From the NCBI GenBank assembly GCA_041907345.1, contig JAYRHL010000007.1, forward strand, positions 31,933 to 95,932: a stretch of 64,000 nt of DNA, given 5' to 3'. The DNA is from Candidatus Saccharimonadaceae bacterium (GTDB lineage Bacteria > Patescibacteriota > Saccharimonadia > Saccharimonadales > Saccharimonadaceae). This document shows positions 43,626 to 52,437 of the stretch, piece after piece. The stretch's first letter is position 1, and every line of letters begins with the position of its first letter. Both the position numbers and the translations under genes were made by a program. The notes under the pieces were generated by a model. That model worked only from the letters and a program-made list of their open reading frames with translations. It ran no database searches and was not told the origin of the DNA.

Positions 43626-43970
43626 TTAGGCCGCTTGCTGGTCGACGAGCGACATGATGCGCGCCAAACGCGACACGCGTCCACGATCGTTGCAGATGTG
43701 ACGCAGGTACTTCGCGATGATGGCAGTCGCACGCTGAACGTTCTCGTCGGCGAAGTCGTCCTTGTGCATCGGGTTGAACCGATCCCTGGCAGTAGAAATG
43801 CCAGTCAGCACATAGGTGACAACGGCGCTCGAGAGGTCGTTGACGTAGCGAGAGCACACAGAGCCCTGGAAATGACACACCTCGGCAATCGCGCCTTCGG
43901 TTGCGACCATCACCTCGTGCAGAACGCCCTGGTTCAGACCGTACACGTGATTCTCCTGTCTATTAATCAT
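43626..43970 (-). CDS. Small hypothetical protein (114 aa; GTG alternative at 43982)
   Basis: Own promoter at 44020-44048. GC-rich mini-gene. Confidence 0.45.
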   Translation of the reverse strand: MINRQENHVYGLNQGVLHEVMVATEGAIAEVCHFQGSVCSRYVNDLSSAVVTYVLTGISTARDRFNPMHKDDFADENVQRATAIIAKYLRHICNDRGRVSRLARIMSLVDQQAA

Positions 43971-44019
43971 GTGGTTTCCCACAGGACTTCATATTCATCG
44001 CTGAATATGTGTAATTAAT

Positions 44020-44048
44020 ATTATAGCATAAACATAATATTTATGCAA
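44020..44048 (-). promoter_or_regulatory. Promoter TTGCAT-N17-TATAAT with TGn
   Basis: The minus strand reads TTGCATaaatattatgtttaTGCTATAAT. Confidence 0.5.
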
Positions 44049-44102
44049 TATCTGCGCTATTCACCGTACTGTACATCGGTGATGTTTGCTATAATGATGC
44101 CA

Positions 44103-45548
44103 ATGGCAAAGTTTCAGCTGTCTGACTTTTTCACTTATAAATACCGCTATCAAATCGGCTACGGTTTGATCGTACTGCTGTTCGTCGCACTCCTGGCTGT
44201 TGCCGGGCTGTTTGTCCCGGGCGGACTCAGCAAGGGCGAGATGGCAACATTCGTCCAGACCGCATCCCTGGACCGCGAAAACCCTGCGACATTGGCAATA
44301 CCAAACCTGCCGTTTGCACTAGTCCAGCGAGCCAGCATGGAATTGTTCGGACCAAGTATTTTTGCATTCAAGCTGCCTGCGCTGATTTGTGCGTTTATAG
44401 CCGGAGTCGGCGCCGTCCTGCTGTTGCGTCGTTGGTTCCGTCCGAACATTGCGATCCTCGCAACAGTAATTATGATCACGACCGGACAGTTCCTGTACGT
44501 TGCCCAATCGGGATCGGCCAGTATCACGTATATCATGTGGTCGGTTTGGTTGTTGCTTGCGGCAACAATGATCACATCGTCTCCGCGACACAAACGATTC
44601 TGGAAAGTACTGTTTTTTGCCGTCATGCCGCTCAGTCTGTACACACCACTCAGTATTTATCTAGTACTGGCGATATTCAGCGCAGGTATATTGCACCCAC
44701 ATGTTCGTTACGTTCTGAAACGAATGCCTCGATCACACCTGATTACTTTGACCGCTATGAGCCTCGTCATTGTGGCGCCCCTAGGATATTTGCTGGTCAT
44801 CAAACCACAACTAGCGCTACAGTTACTCGGCGCTCCGGCATCGTGGCCGCCGAACTTGTGGGCCAACCTCAAGATTTTGGTCCAACAATATTTGAACTTT
44901 ATTTCGCCAGAAAGTGGCGTATTGATGACGCCCGTTCTCGGCTTAGGATCCATTGCGCTGATCCTCATTGGCGTATGGCAACTATTCACAATACGTTATA
45001 CCGCACGTAGCTACACGTTGACCGCATGGCTGCTGTTGCTGTTCCCGATACTGTTGATCAACCCTGTATTTACGAGTGTCACATTTGTACCGTTGCTGCT
45101 ACTTCTCGCTAGTGGATTGGGATATCTATTACGCGAATGGTACGGGATGTTCCCGCGAAATCCATATGCACGATTTGTCGGTATTGTTCCTCTCACTATC
45201 CTCGTCGCAGGCTTGGTTGTTACGGGCACCAACCGCTATTTTGACGGCTATCGTTACGACCCAGAGACAGCGTCGAGTTTTAACCACGATGTGAACCTGT
45301 ACAACCAACACATCAATGCACAGAACATTCCAAAACTTGTCGTGACACGCTATGAACTGCCGTTTTACATTGCGCTCGTCCGCTATGACCACAAAACACC
45401 ACCACTGATCCTGACGACCCCACCGACCGGTGGCGTGTTTGCTGCCACCAAAGCCGCCCATTCAAAAGTAAAAGACGCCCAGATTAGTCGTATCATCACA
45501 ACTGATGTCAGCGGGGATAGCGACCGGTTCTACATCTATAATAAGTAG
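44103..45548 (+). CDS. Polytopic membrane protein, GT-C-type glycosyltransferase-like (ArnT/PMT resemblance)
   Basis: About 11-13 TM segments with a C-terminal soluble domain. TGCTATAAT lies 7 nt upstream of the ATG. Family call is from architecture only. Confidence 0.4.
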   Translation: MAKFQLSDFFTYKYRYQIGYGLIVLLFVALLAVAGLFVPGGLSKGEMATFVQTASLDRENPATLAIPNLPFALVQRASMELFGPSIFAFKLPALICAFIAGVGAVLLLRRWFRPNIAILATVIMITTGQFLYVAQSGSASITYIMWSVWLLLAATMITSSPRHKRFWKVLFFAVMPLSLYTPLSIYLVLAIFSAGILHPHVRYVLKRMPRSHLITLTAMSLVIVAPLGYLLVIKPQLALQLLGAPASWPPNLWANLKILVQQYLNFISPESGVLMTPVLGLGSIALILIGVWQLFTIRYTARSYTLTAWLLLLFPILLINPVFTSVTFVPLLLLLASGLGYLLREWYGMFPRNPYARFVGIVPLTILVAGLVVTGTNRYFDGYRYDPETASSFNHDVNLYNQHINAQNIPKLVVTRYELPFYIALVRYDHKTPPLILTTPPTGGVFAATKAAHSKVKDAQISRIITTDVSGDSDRFYIYNK

Positions 45549-45615
45549 ACGAAATATAGTATTATGAACATATACGCCAACGAGCCGAACACTACAGTAT
45601 AAGAGGAGAAATATT

Positions 45616-45918
45616 ATGGCTTTTGATCAAATGAAGATGCTCAACGATTTGCGTAAAGCGCAGAAAGAACTAAAAGCACAGAAAGTTGTCGTTGTTGCCG
45701 GTGGTGACGACGAAGATCCAGCTGTTGAAATCACTATCAACGGCGAACTAAAGGTTGAAAGGGTCAAGATTAACCCTGATTACGTTGACCTGGATGATAT
45801 CGAAGACCTCGAAAACAACATCGAAGTCGCTATCCGTGACGGTATGCAAAAAGCACAAGAAATTGCTGCTGAAAAGATGAAGCCGCTGATGGGCGGACTC
45901 GGCAACCTCGGTCTGTAA
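45616..45918 (+). CDS. ybaB: Nucleoid-associated protein YbaB/EbfC
   Basis: 100 aa. KVERVKINPD...EDLENNIEVAIRDGMQKAQE and the C-terminal GGLGNLGL tail. Confidence 0.85.
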   Translation: MAFDQMKMLNDLRKAQKELKAQKVVVVAGGDDEDPAVEITINGELKVERVKINPDYVDLDDIEDLENNIEVAIRDGMQKAQEIAAEKMKPLMGGLGNLGL

Positions 45919-45961
45919 TAGCGATCTAAATTAATAGGGGAGTAACTGGTAGGGACATACC

Positions 45962-46576
45962 ATGAGTGATCTGTTGCCAAAAGCACTGATTGACGTCATC
46001 GAAGACCTCGGCAGATTGCCGGGTGTCGGCGCACGCACCGCAGAACGCTATGCGTATTATTTGTTGCGCGCCAAACCAAACGTTGCCGACAAACTGGCCA
46101 CCAGCATCAACCACCTCCACGAAGGCGTCAAATCATGCCCGGTCACGTTTGCGCTGATTGATGCATCACAGGACGTGTCGCCACTGTATAGCGACCCATC
46201 ACGGGACAAAACAACCATTGCCGTTGTCGAAGAGCCATTGGATATCGTTGCCCTAGAACGCACCGGTCAATACCACGGCACCTACCATGTGCTGGGCGGG
46301 GCAATCAGCCCCATCGATGGCATCGGACCGGAACAATTACACATCCCTGAATTGATGGAACGAATCAACAGCGACAAAGTTACCGAACTCATCATTGCGA
46401 CCAATGCCAGTGTCGAGGGGGAATCAACCGCGTTGTTCCTGCAACGCCACATCAAAGATGCCGGGATCGACGTCAAAATGACGCGATTGGCACGCGGCAT
46501 CCCTGTCGGTGTCGATCTAGAATACGCCGACCAAATCACACTGTCCCACGCCCTCGAAGGCCGACGAACACTCTAA
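45962..46576 (+). CDS. recR: Recombination protein RecR (zinc-finger cysteines missing)
   Basis: LPGVGARTAERYAYYLL HhH motif and Toprim region TELIIATNASVEGESTA. Only one Cys in the whole protein. Confidence 0.9.
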   Translation: MSDLLPKALIDVIEDLGRLPGVGARTAERYAYYLLRAKPNVADKLATSINHLHEGVKSCPVTFALIDASQDVSPLYSDPSRDKTTIAVVEEPLDIVALERTGQYHGTYHVLGGAISPIDGIGPEQLHIPELMERINSDKVTELIIATNASVEGESTALFLQRHIKDAGIDVKMTRLARGIPVGVDLEYADQITLSHALEGRRTL

Positions 46577-46577
46577 A

Positions 46578-46608
46578 GAAAAAGCCCCCGTGCATAACGG
46601 GGGCTTTT
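46578..46608. terminator. Bidirectional terminator
   Basis: GCCCCCG/CGGGGGC stem flanked by A- and T-runs. Confidence 0.6.
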
Positions 46609-46617
46609 GTTCGACCA

Positions 46618-46929
46618 CTAAGATCGAACGGTAGAGGTGCGGAGCTTTTCGAATGATTTGACGACAGTTCGTGGCAGGCCAACAATGACCGAAAACAGCA
46701 TCATCGCCGTCATACCGACGACAACGGCAAACGCATACACGATCCGAAATATATGACCATATGCATACAGACAGACGACACCGACAATCGACGCCAGTAG
46801 CGCCAGGATGCCGTATTTGTTCTCGTCATAGAAAATCATGATATACAGTCCGACAATGATCAACGCGTGGACGATAGTCGCCAACACATAGAATCCAACT
46901 GATGGACGGTCGTTAGTTGTGCTCATCAT
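46618..46929 (-). CDS. Small membrane protein (103 aa, 3 TM)
   Basis: ORF with hydrophobic spans. Confidence 0.5.
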   Translation of the reverse strand: MMSTTNDRPSVGFYVLATIVHALIIVGLYIMIFYDENKYGILALLASIVGVVCLYAYGHIFRIVYAFAVVVGMTAMMLFSVIVGLPRTVVKSFEKLRTSTVRS

Positions 46930-47000
46930 CCTCCCAAGGTTCGTCAGTAACAGCTGTTACTAATGTGAATATTTATAACATATTTACGGTATTCATTCAA

Positions 47001-47028
47001 ATCAAAACCCCCGCTATATTGCGGGGGT
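47001..47028 (-). terminator. Intrinsic terminator
   Basis: ACCCCCGC/GCGGGGGT stem, with a T-run on the minus strand. Confidence 0.55.
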
Positions 47029-47036
47029 AATGTAGA

Positions 47037-47315
47037 TCAACGAAATACGTCGAACTCGTCGATTGGTTCTTTGGTTGCGCCTTCGGGGACAAATCCATGT
47101 CGTAGCGAATACCAACAGGTCATCAGAAATCCGAGTACTTCGATGACGACAAACACTGCGACGCCGACAGCCAGAGATCGAACAACGTCCTTGGTTGTCA
47201 GGCTAAGGTTCAGTACTGTGGTGCACACCAACATGATAAAGGCGATTCCTAGAATCGGCCTCAGCGTCATGATGGTACAGGTAACGAATGTACGCATAAC
47301 GTTCCTTGAAATCAC
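47037..47315 (-). CDS. Small membrane protein (92 aa)
   Basis: ORF with hydrophobic spans. Confidence 0.5.
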   Translation of the reverse strand: MISRNVMRTFVTCTIMTLRPILGIAFIMLVCTTVLNLSLTTKDVVRSLAVGVAVFVVIEVLGFLMTCWYSLRHGFVPEGATKEPIDEFDVFR

Positions 47316-47416
47316 GACAGACAGTCTGTCTGAACTGTACGAGCCAGGACGGATGTACGAGGCTTATATTTTTATTATAGTACTTTTATATATAACTGTC
47401 AATTTTCTATCTGTTA

Positions 47417-47447
47417 TGAAAAGCCCCCGTCTGATAGCGGGGGCTTT
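47417..47447 (-). terminator. Intrinsic terminator
   Basis: AGCCCCCG/CGGGGGCT stem. Confidence 0.55.
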
Positions 47448-47455
47448 GCCTGGGA

Positions 47456-47794
47456 TCACTGTGGCCGTGAGTGATAGTGGAACAAAAATCCCAATCCACC
47501 CAACACGGCAACAACCCAGAGGAAATGCGGCCAAGTGGCGTAGGCAACAATGCCGAGGAACGCACCAACCGCAGTCGGCGCAACCAACCAGAATCCGACA
47601 TTTGCGACAAACGCGCTGACTGCCTCGACAGTACGGATGCTCTTGCGATGGTACGATTCGTACCGATACTGCTGAACGGCCAAAATGCCTCCGAAGAGCG
47701 CAAACAGCGCACCGACGACAAAACCGACAACCGTACCGAGAATGGGCGCCCATGCGGGCACATCACCGAATACGGCAAACAGAACTGAATCCAC
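47456..47794 (-). CDS. Small membrane protein (112 aa from the GTG)
   Basis: GAGGGAGAG SD lies 6 nt before the GTG at residue 14 of ORF 47456..47833. Confidence 0.5.
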   Translation of the reverse strand: MDSVLFAVFGDVPAWAPILGTVVGFVVGALFALFGGILAVQQYRYESYHRKSIRTVEAVSAFVANVGFWLVAPTAVGAFLGIVAYATWPHFLWVVAVLGGLGFLFHYHSRPQ

Positions 47795-47916
47795 TGGACT
47801 CTCCCTCGCTGTAAGGTTCAATGGACGATCCATTGATCATCGATGGCACTATCGTCGCACTTTACCAACGAATAATCAATAGGTACTATTACCGGACCTC
47901 TGATACAATAGATGCA

Positions 47917-48909
47917 ATGTACGAAACAGCAACAAAACTCATCAACGACGCCAAAAAAATCATCGTCATCCAAGCCGAAAACCCCGATGGGGATAGTGTC
48001 GGTAGTTCTGTTGCGTTAGAAGAAATCCTGGGTGATATGGGCAAAGACGTCGTGCTGTATTGTCCTGTTGAGATTCCCAAATACCTGCGCTACATCATCG
48101 GTTGGGACCGCGTCGTGTCGGATTTTGATACGTCTGCCGACCTGGCAATTATTGTCGACACTGCCGCTGATGTGTTGATCACAAAAGTCCTTGAAACGCG
48201 GGGCGTGCGTCATTTCCTCGAAACACACCCGGTATTGGTCATCGACCATCACACCACGGCATCCAACCTGTCGTTCGAACACACGATGTTGTCCGATGAC
48301 GCCATCGCCACCAGCGAGGTCATCTATGGCCTGGCGAGCGCTAATAACTGGCCAATCAGCGCCCAAGCCGCCGAAGACATGATGGTCGCCATCATGAGCG
48401 ATAGCCTGGGGCTGACAACACAAGGTGTTACTCCACGCACGTATGAAGTCGTCGGCAAACTAGCAGCCCTCGGCGCACACAATTCAACCATCGAAGAACG
48501 CCGCCGTGAATTCATGAAAAAATCACCGGAAATTCTAGAATACAAAGGCCAACTAATCGGCCGCATCGAATATTTCCTAGATGGCAGATTGGCCCTGGTC
48601 CACGTCCCTTGGGACGATATCCAGAAATACAGCGACCAGTACAACCCGAGCATGTTGGTCCTGGACGAAATGCGCCTGGTCGAAGGTGTCGAAGTGGGCG
48701 TCGCGATTAAAACATACCCTGACGGCAAATTAACCGGCAAATTACGTTCGAATATTCCTGTATCCGAAATGGTCGCAGGCTATTTCGGTGGTGGCGGCCA
48801 CGAATACGCCGCCGGGTTCCGCGTGTACGAAGATTATGACAAAATAGTAAGAGAGTTAATCGAAGCGACAGACAAGGCACTGCACGAGTATGACAACAAA
48901 GCTGCATAA
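47917..48909 (+). CDS. nrnA: DHH-family phosphoesterase (NrnA-like oligoribonuclease/pAp phosphatase)
   Basis: DGDSVGS, DTAA, IDHH and GGGHEYAAG motifs. TGATACAAT lies 7 nt upstream of the ATG at residue 33. Confidence 0.75.
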   Translation: MYETATKLINDAKKIIVIQAENPDGDSVGSSVALEEILGDMGKDVVLYCPVEIPKYLRYIIGWDRVVSDFDTSADLAIIVDTAADVLITKVLETRGVRHFLETHPVLVIDHHTTASNLSFEHTMLSDDAIATSEVIYGLASANNWPISAQAAEDMMVAIMSDSLGLTTQGVTPRTYEVVGKLAALGAHNSTIEERRREFMKKSPEILEYKGQLIGRIEYFLDGRLALVHVPWDDIQKYSDQYNPSMLVLDEMRLVEGVEVGVAIKTYPDGKLTGKLRSNIPVSEMVAGYFGGGGHEYAAGFRVYEDYDKIVRELIEATDKALHEYDNKAA

Positions 48910-50245
48910 TACGCTGACACGAAATACTGACGAACTGCACCCGATTGACGGGGATAATGTCACGCTGTATACCTGCGGTTTGACTGTGTACAGCCAACCA
49001 CACATCGGCAACTGGGTCAGTTATATCTATTGGGACGTATTGGTTCGATCACTACGCGCCAGCGGTTACAACGTCACCCGCGTCCAGAATATTACCGACG
49101 TTGGACATTTGACCAGCGACGAAGACGCCGGGGAAGACAAGATGCTCAAAGGTGCAATAAAAGAAGGCATCACCGCATGGCAAGTTGCTGACAAATATAT
49201 TCAAATTGCCGACGACGAAGCCTACAGCCAACTGGGCCTGGTACGTCCTGATCACATGCCGCGCGCGACCGAATACATCCCACAGCAGATTGCATTCGTG
49301 CAGGAACTCGAAGACAAAGGCTATACCTATACTATCGAAGATGGCGTCTATTTTGACACCAGCAAACTGAGCGATTACGGCAAATTAGCGCGTCTGGACA
49401 TCGACGGCCTACAGTTTGGCGCCCGCGTTGCCGATACTGGCAAAAAGAACCCGACTGATTTTGCCGTCTGGAAATTCAGCCACCCCGACGAAAAACGCGA
49501 TATGGAATGGGACAGCCCATGGGGCAAAGGATTCCCTGGATGGCACCTAGAATGTAGTGTCATGGCGCGCGAAATCCTGGGCGATCAAATCGACATCCAT
49601 ACCGGCGGTATCGACCATATTCCTGTCCACCACACCAACGAGATTGCACAGACCGAAGCCGTCACCGGCAAACAGTTCAGCAATGTTTGGCTGCACGCTA
49701 ACCACATAAAAGTCGACGGTACCAAGATGAGCAAGAGCCTGGGCAATATCTACACATTGCAGGACATCCGCGACAAAGGATTCGATCTGGATGCGTTCAA
49801 ATTAGTCGTCCTCAGCAAACATTATCGGACCGAAGGCAACTTCACATGGGAGATTCTGGAATCAGCCCAAAACCGTTTGAACAACTGGCGCGCTGCTGGT
49901 GATTTGCGTTGGCAAGGAGCGGGAGAGGGCGATTCTGATAGTGGCCTATTAGAGCTGCTACAGAATGACCTAGACACCCCAGCGGCTGTGGCACGCATCG
50001 ACGAACTGCTTGGCGCCGAACAACCGACCGGACTGCATGCGCTATTGGACGAAATCCGCGACCTGCTGGGAATTACACTCCACCGTGATGATATTACCGA
50101 CGAACAAAAATCATTGATCACCGAACGTGAACAGGCCCGCGAATCAAAAGATTGGGCCAAATCAGACGAACTCCGTGACAAACTGGCTGAACAGGGTATA
50201 GCAGTCCGCGATACGCCGAACGGCACCGTTTGGGCACATAATTAA
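48890..50245 (+). CDS. cysS: Cysteine--tRNA ligase
   Basis: HIGN and KMSKS class I signatures. Confidence 0.93.
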   Translation: MTTKLHNTLTRNTDELHPIDGDNVTLYTCGLTVYSQPHIGNWVSYIYWDVLVRSLRASGYNVTRVQNITDVGHLTSDEDAGEDKMLKGAIKEGITAWQVADKYIQIADDEAYSQLGLVRPDHMPRATEYIPQQIAFVQELEDKGYTYTIEDGVYFDTSKLSDYGKLARLDIDGLQFGARVADTGKKNPTDFAVWKFSHPDEKRDMEWDSPWGKGFPGWHLECSVMAREILGDQIDIHTGGIDHIPVHHTNEIAQTEAVTGKQFSNVWLHANHIKVDGTKMSKSLGNIYTLQDIRDKGFDLDAFKLVVLSKHYRTEGNFTWEILESAQNRLNNWRAAGDLRWQGAGEGDSDSGLLELLQNDLDTPAAVARIDELLGAEQPTGLHALLDEIRDLLGITLHRDDITDEQKSLITEREQARESKDWAKSDELRDKLAEQGIAVRDTPNGTVWAHN

Positions 50246-50279
50246 ACCTTTCTGTTACCTAAGCGTCCGCTGAGGACTA

Positions 50280-50308
50280 TTGACTAATTATGCTTGTGGT
50301 TGTATAAT
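50280..50308 (+). promoter_or_regulatory. Promoter TTGACT-N17-TATAAT
   Basis: TTGACTaattatgcttgtggttgTATAAT. It shares TATAATAGTATTA with the promoter at 50580. Confidence 0.55.
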
Positions 50309-50376
50309 AGTATTATCGTTATCATACATGTATGTGACGAGCAATCAAAAATCCGACAACCAACGCAGGAGTCAGT

Positions 50377-50511
50377 ATGTCCCTCACACAATTGTTTGGG
50401 CGCATCATTCACCCGCACCACCGCGTCAAGCTGACTCCTGATCAGGAGACACAGCGAATCGCGAAACGACGCGAAGATCTCAGAAAGTCAGGTGTGTGGC
50501 TTGGTTACTAA
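50377..50511 (+). CDS. Possible 44-aa basic peptide (MSLTQLFGRIIHPHHRVKL...)
   Basis: GCAGGAG SD, with its own promoter and terminator. Not in the ORF track. Confidence 0.35.
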   Translation: MSLTQLFGRIIHPHHRVKLTPDQETQRIAKRREDLRKSGVWLGY

Positions 50512-50535
50512 CCAGCCATAACGTCGGCGAACATT

Positions 50536-50565
50536 ACAGCCCCGGTCATCACGACCGGGGCTGTT
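50536..50565 (+). terminator. 12-bp GC hairpin
   Basis: ACAGCCCCGGTC/GACCGGGGCTGT. Confidence 0.5.
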
Positions 50566-50579
50566 CATATCTGTAGATA

Positions 50580-50608
50580 TTGCATTTTTATCATGATTAT
50601 GCTATAAT
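50580..50608 (+). promoter_or_regulatory. Promoter TTGCAT-N17-TATAAT with TGn
   Basis: TTGCATttttatcatgattaTGCTATAAT. Confidence 0.55.
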
Positions 50609-50644
50609 AGTATTACTCGCACATTGAGAAAAGGGAGAAGCGAA

Positions 50645-50872
50645 ATGGCAGATACGTTCGCCGATATGGCGTCCGACGCCAGTCAGGATGACTACGCGAC
50701 CGCCGAATGGCTGACCACCCCCGAGGGTTGGCAGGCACAGGCGGACATGTGGGCACGGCACGACGCGGTCGATGAACTGATTCAACGATCAATCGACTGT
50801 CTGGACACCGATCTGATGCCGTACGTGCCTTCGGCATACGCCAGGGCCAACACGCAGCTGATGCTGTTCTGA
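50645..50872 (+). CDS. Small acidic hypothetical protein (75 aa)
   Basis: AAGGGAGAAG SD before the ATG at residue 8. Confidence 0.45.
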   Translation: MADTFADMASDASQDDYATAEWLTTPEGWQAQADMWARHDAVDELIQRSIDCLDTDLMPYVPSAYARANTQLMLF

Positions 50873-50888
50873 CACTAACTCAATAGCG

Positions 50889-50917
50889 AAATACCCCTGT
50901 CGACGACAGGGGTATTT
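50889..50917. terminator. Bidirectional terminator
   Basis: ATACCCCTGT/ACAGGGGTAT 10-bp stem. Confidence 0.6.
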
Positions 50918-50932
50918 GCATACTTGATATAC

Positions 50933-52048
50933 TTAGGCTTTTTCAACCAGTTCTTGTTTGGCGTGATGATGTTTTTTACGTTCTAGATAATCTTCGACGA
51001 GGACTTTGACACATCCAGCAATCGGAATCGATATAATACCGCCGACGATACCAAATAGGTACAGTCCAATCGTTACTGATGCTAGGACGGCCAGCGCAGA
51101 TAGTTCGACTGTTTTTGATTGTACGGTCGGTGAGATAAAGTTGTTTTCAATCTGCTGATAGATGACAAAGTAGACACCGAATACCAACGCAGCAGACACA
51201 TCGTTAAATGCCAGGAGGATAGTAACGATAACGCCGGCGATTGTCGCACCAAACATCGGGATCATTGATAGCAAGAAACAGATCACTGCAGCCGGGAGCG
51301 CTAGGTTGTGAGGTATATTGAATATCCAGCTGAGGATAAATACAGTCACCCCGGCAAAGAATCCGTCAATCGCCGACACAGTCAACTGGCCAGTGACATA
51401 ACCGGTGACGACGTTGTACATACGTGACGCCAGTTTTTTGTGGTATTCCATTCGGTCATGGTCGCTGTATGCACCCCAGATAAATTTCAGTACTCGTGGT
51501 GCTTCGATTAACATCAAGAACGATAATACCAGTGTCAAAAACGCTGCAGTAAAGAATCCAAACACCGATCCAACACTGCCAACCACGCCAGCGCCTATGT
51601 TTGTAGCCCAGTTCGTCGCCCAATCAGTGGCGTGGCTTTTAATTGATTCAAGGGCTTGGTTGAACTGTGATTCTAGACCATACCGCTCTGCCAGATTTGA
51701 CACACCGTGCCACTGTGTCTGCGCCTGATCAACAAGTGCGGGTACTGATGCGGCGACTTTGGCAGTCTGTTCAACAACAGGAGGAACAACAAGTAGCAAA
51801 AATCCGCCCAGTAAAGCAACGACGATAACAAATGCTATTGCCGTACCGCCAACACGGCTTTTACCGGGCAGGTATTTAGCTAGTGTTGTTACTGGTTTGT
51901 TTAATGCAAGTGCCAAGAAAAAGGCGACACCTAGGATAACTAATGCGTCGCGAGCCCTATAGATGACAAGTGCTGCCAGTGCAAACCCGATCACAACCAG
52001 CCAAAAGCGGACAAACGTTTGTGTTTCGATGTCGATTCGGGTTCTCAT
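50933..52048 (-). CDS. AI-2E family transporter (PerM/UPF0118)
   Basis: 371 aa, about 8 TM segments, with a family-typical layout. Confidence 0.75.
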   Translation of the reverse strand: MRTRIDIETQTFVRFWLVVIGFALAALVIYRARDALVILGVAFFLALALNKPVTTLAKYLPGKSRVGGTAIAFVIVVALLGGFLLLVVPPVVEQTAKVAASVPALVDQAQTQWHGVSNLAERYGLESQFNQALESIKSHATDWATNWATNIGAGVVGSVGSVFGFFTAAFLTLVLSFLMLIEAPRVLKFIWGAYSDHDRMEYHKKLASRMYNVVTGYVTGQLTVSAIDGFFAGVTVFILSWIFNIPHNLALPAAVICFLLSMIPMFGATIAGVIVTILLAFNDVSAALVFGVYFVIYQQIENNFISPTVQSKTVELSALAVLASVTIGLYLFGIVGGIISIPIAGCVKVLVEDYLERKKHHHAKQELVEKA

Positions 52049-52089
52049 TACTGGTAATTATACCATATAGGCTTAAGCAAAAAACAATA

Positions 52090-52386
52090 TTAACCGCGAT
52101 GGCGAATCAATCGTGCATTATCTGCAAATCCGCTACCAAATCCATACGTGTAGAGTAGTGTCGTCGCGATCAGATAGACCGTCAGGAGTGCACATTGCAA
52201 CATCAATGGCGCGAACAAGAGCATAATCGCGCCGGTAACAGCACCGACAGTAGTCGCAACCATACCACCGGTCGCCAAACGCATCGCACTCTTCCGACCG
52301 CGCAGGGCCTGCACAACAGCGCCACCCATGAGGAATAATGATGCTGACATTGCGACGATATGTGTTGTAAGAAGAAGTGTACTCAT
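52090..52386 (-). CDS. Small membrane protein (98 aa, 3 TM)
   Basis: ORF with hydrophobic spans. Confidence 0.5.
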   Translation of the reverse strand: MSTLLLTTHIVAMSASLFLMGGAVVQALRGRKSAMRLATGGMVATTVGAVTGAIMLLFAPLMLQCALLTVYLIATTLLYTYGFGSGFADNARLIRHRG

Positions 52387-52437
52387 ATATCTATTATAGC
52401 AGGTGTCGCCTGTGCTTATGCTTAAATAAGTCGCTGA

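Noticed and set aside
29518-47447. The terminators with GCCCC(C)G...CGGGG(G)C stems (29518, 30078, 46584, 47007, 47422) could be a second repeat family.
   Set aside because: Only the short G/C stem composition is shared. Loops and flanks differ, so this is ordinary convergence of intrinsic terminators, unlike the exact 11-bp stem family at 21.7-26.9 kb.
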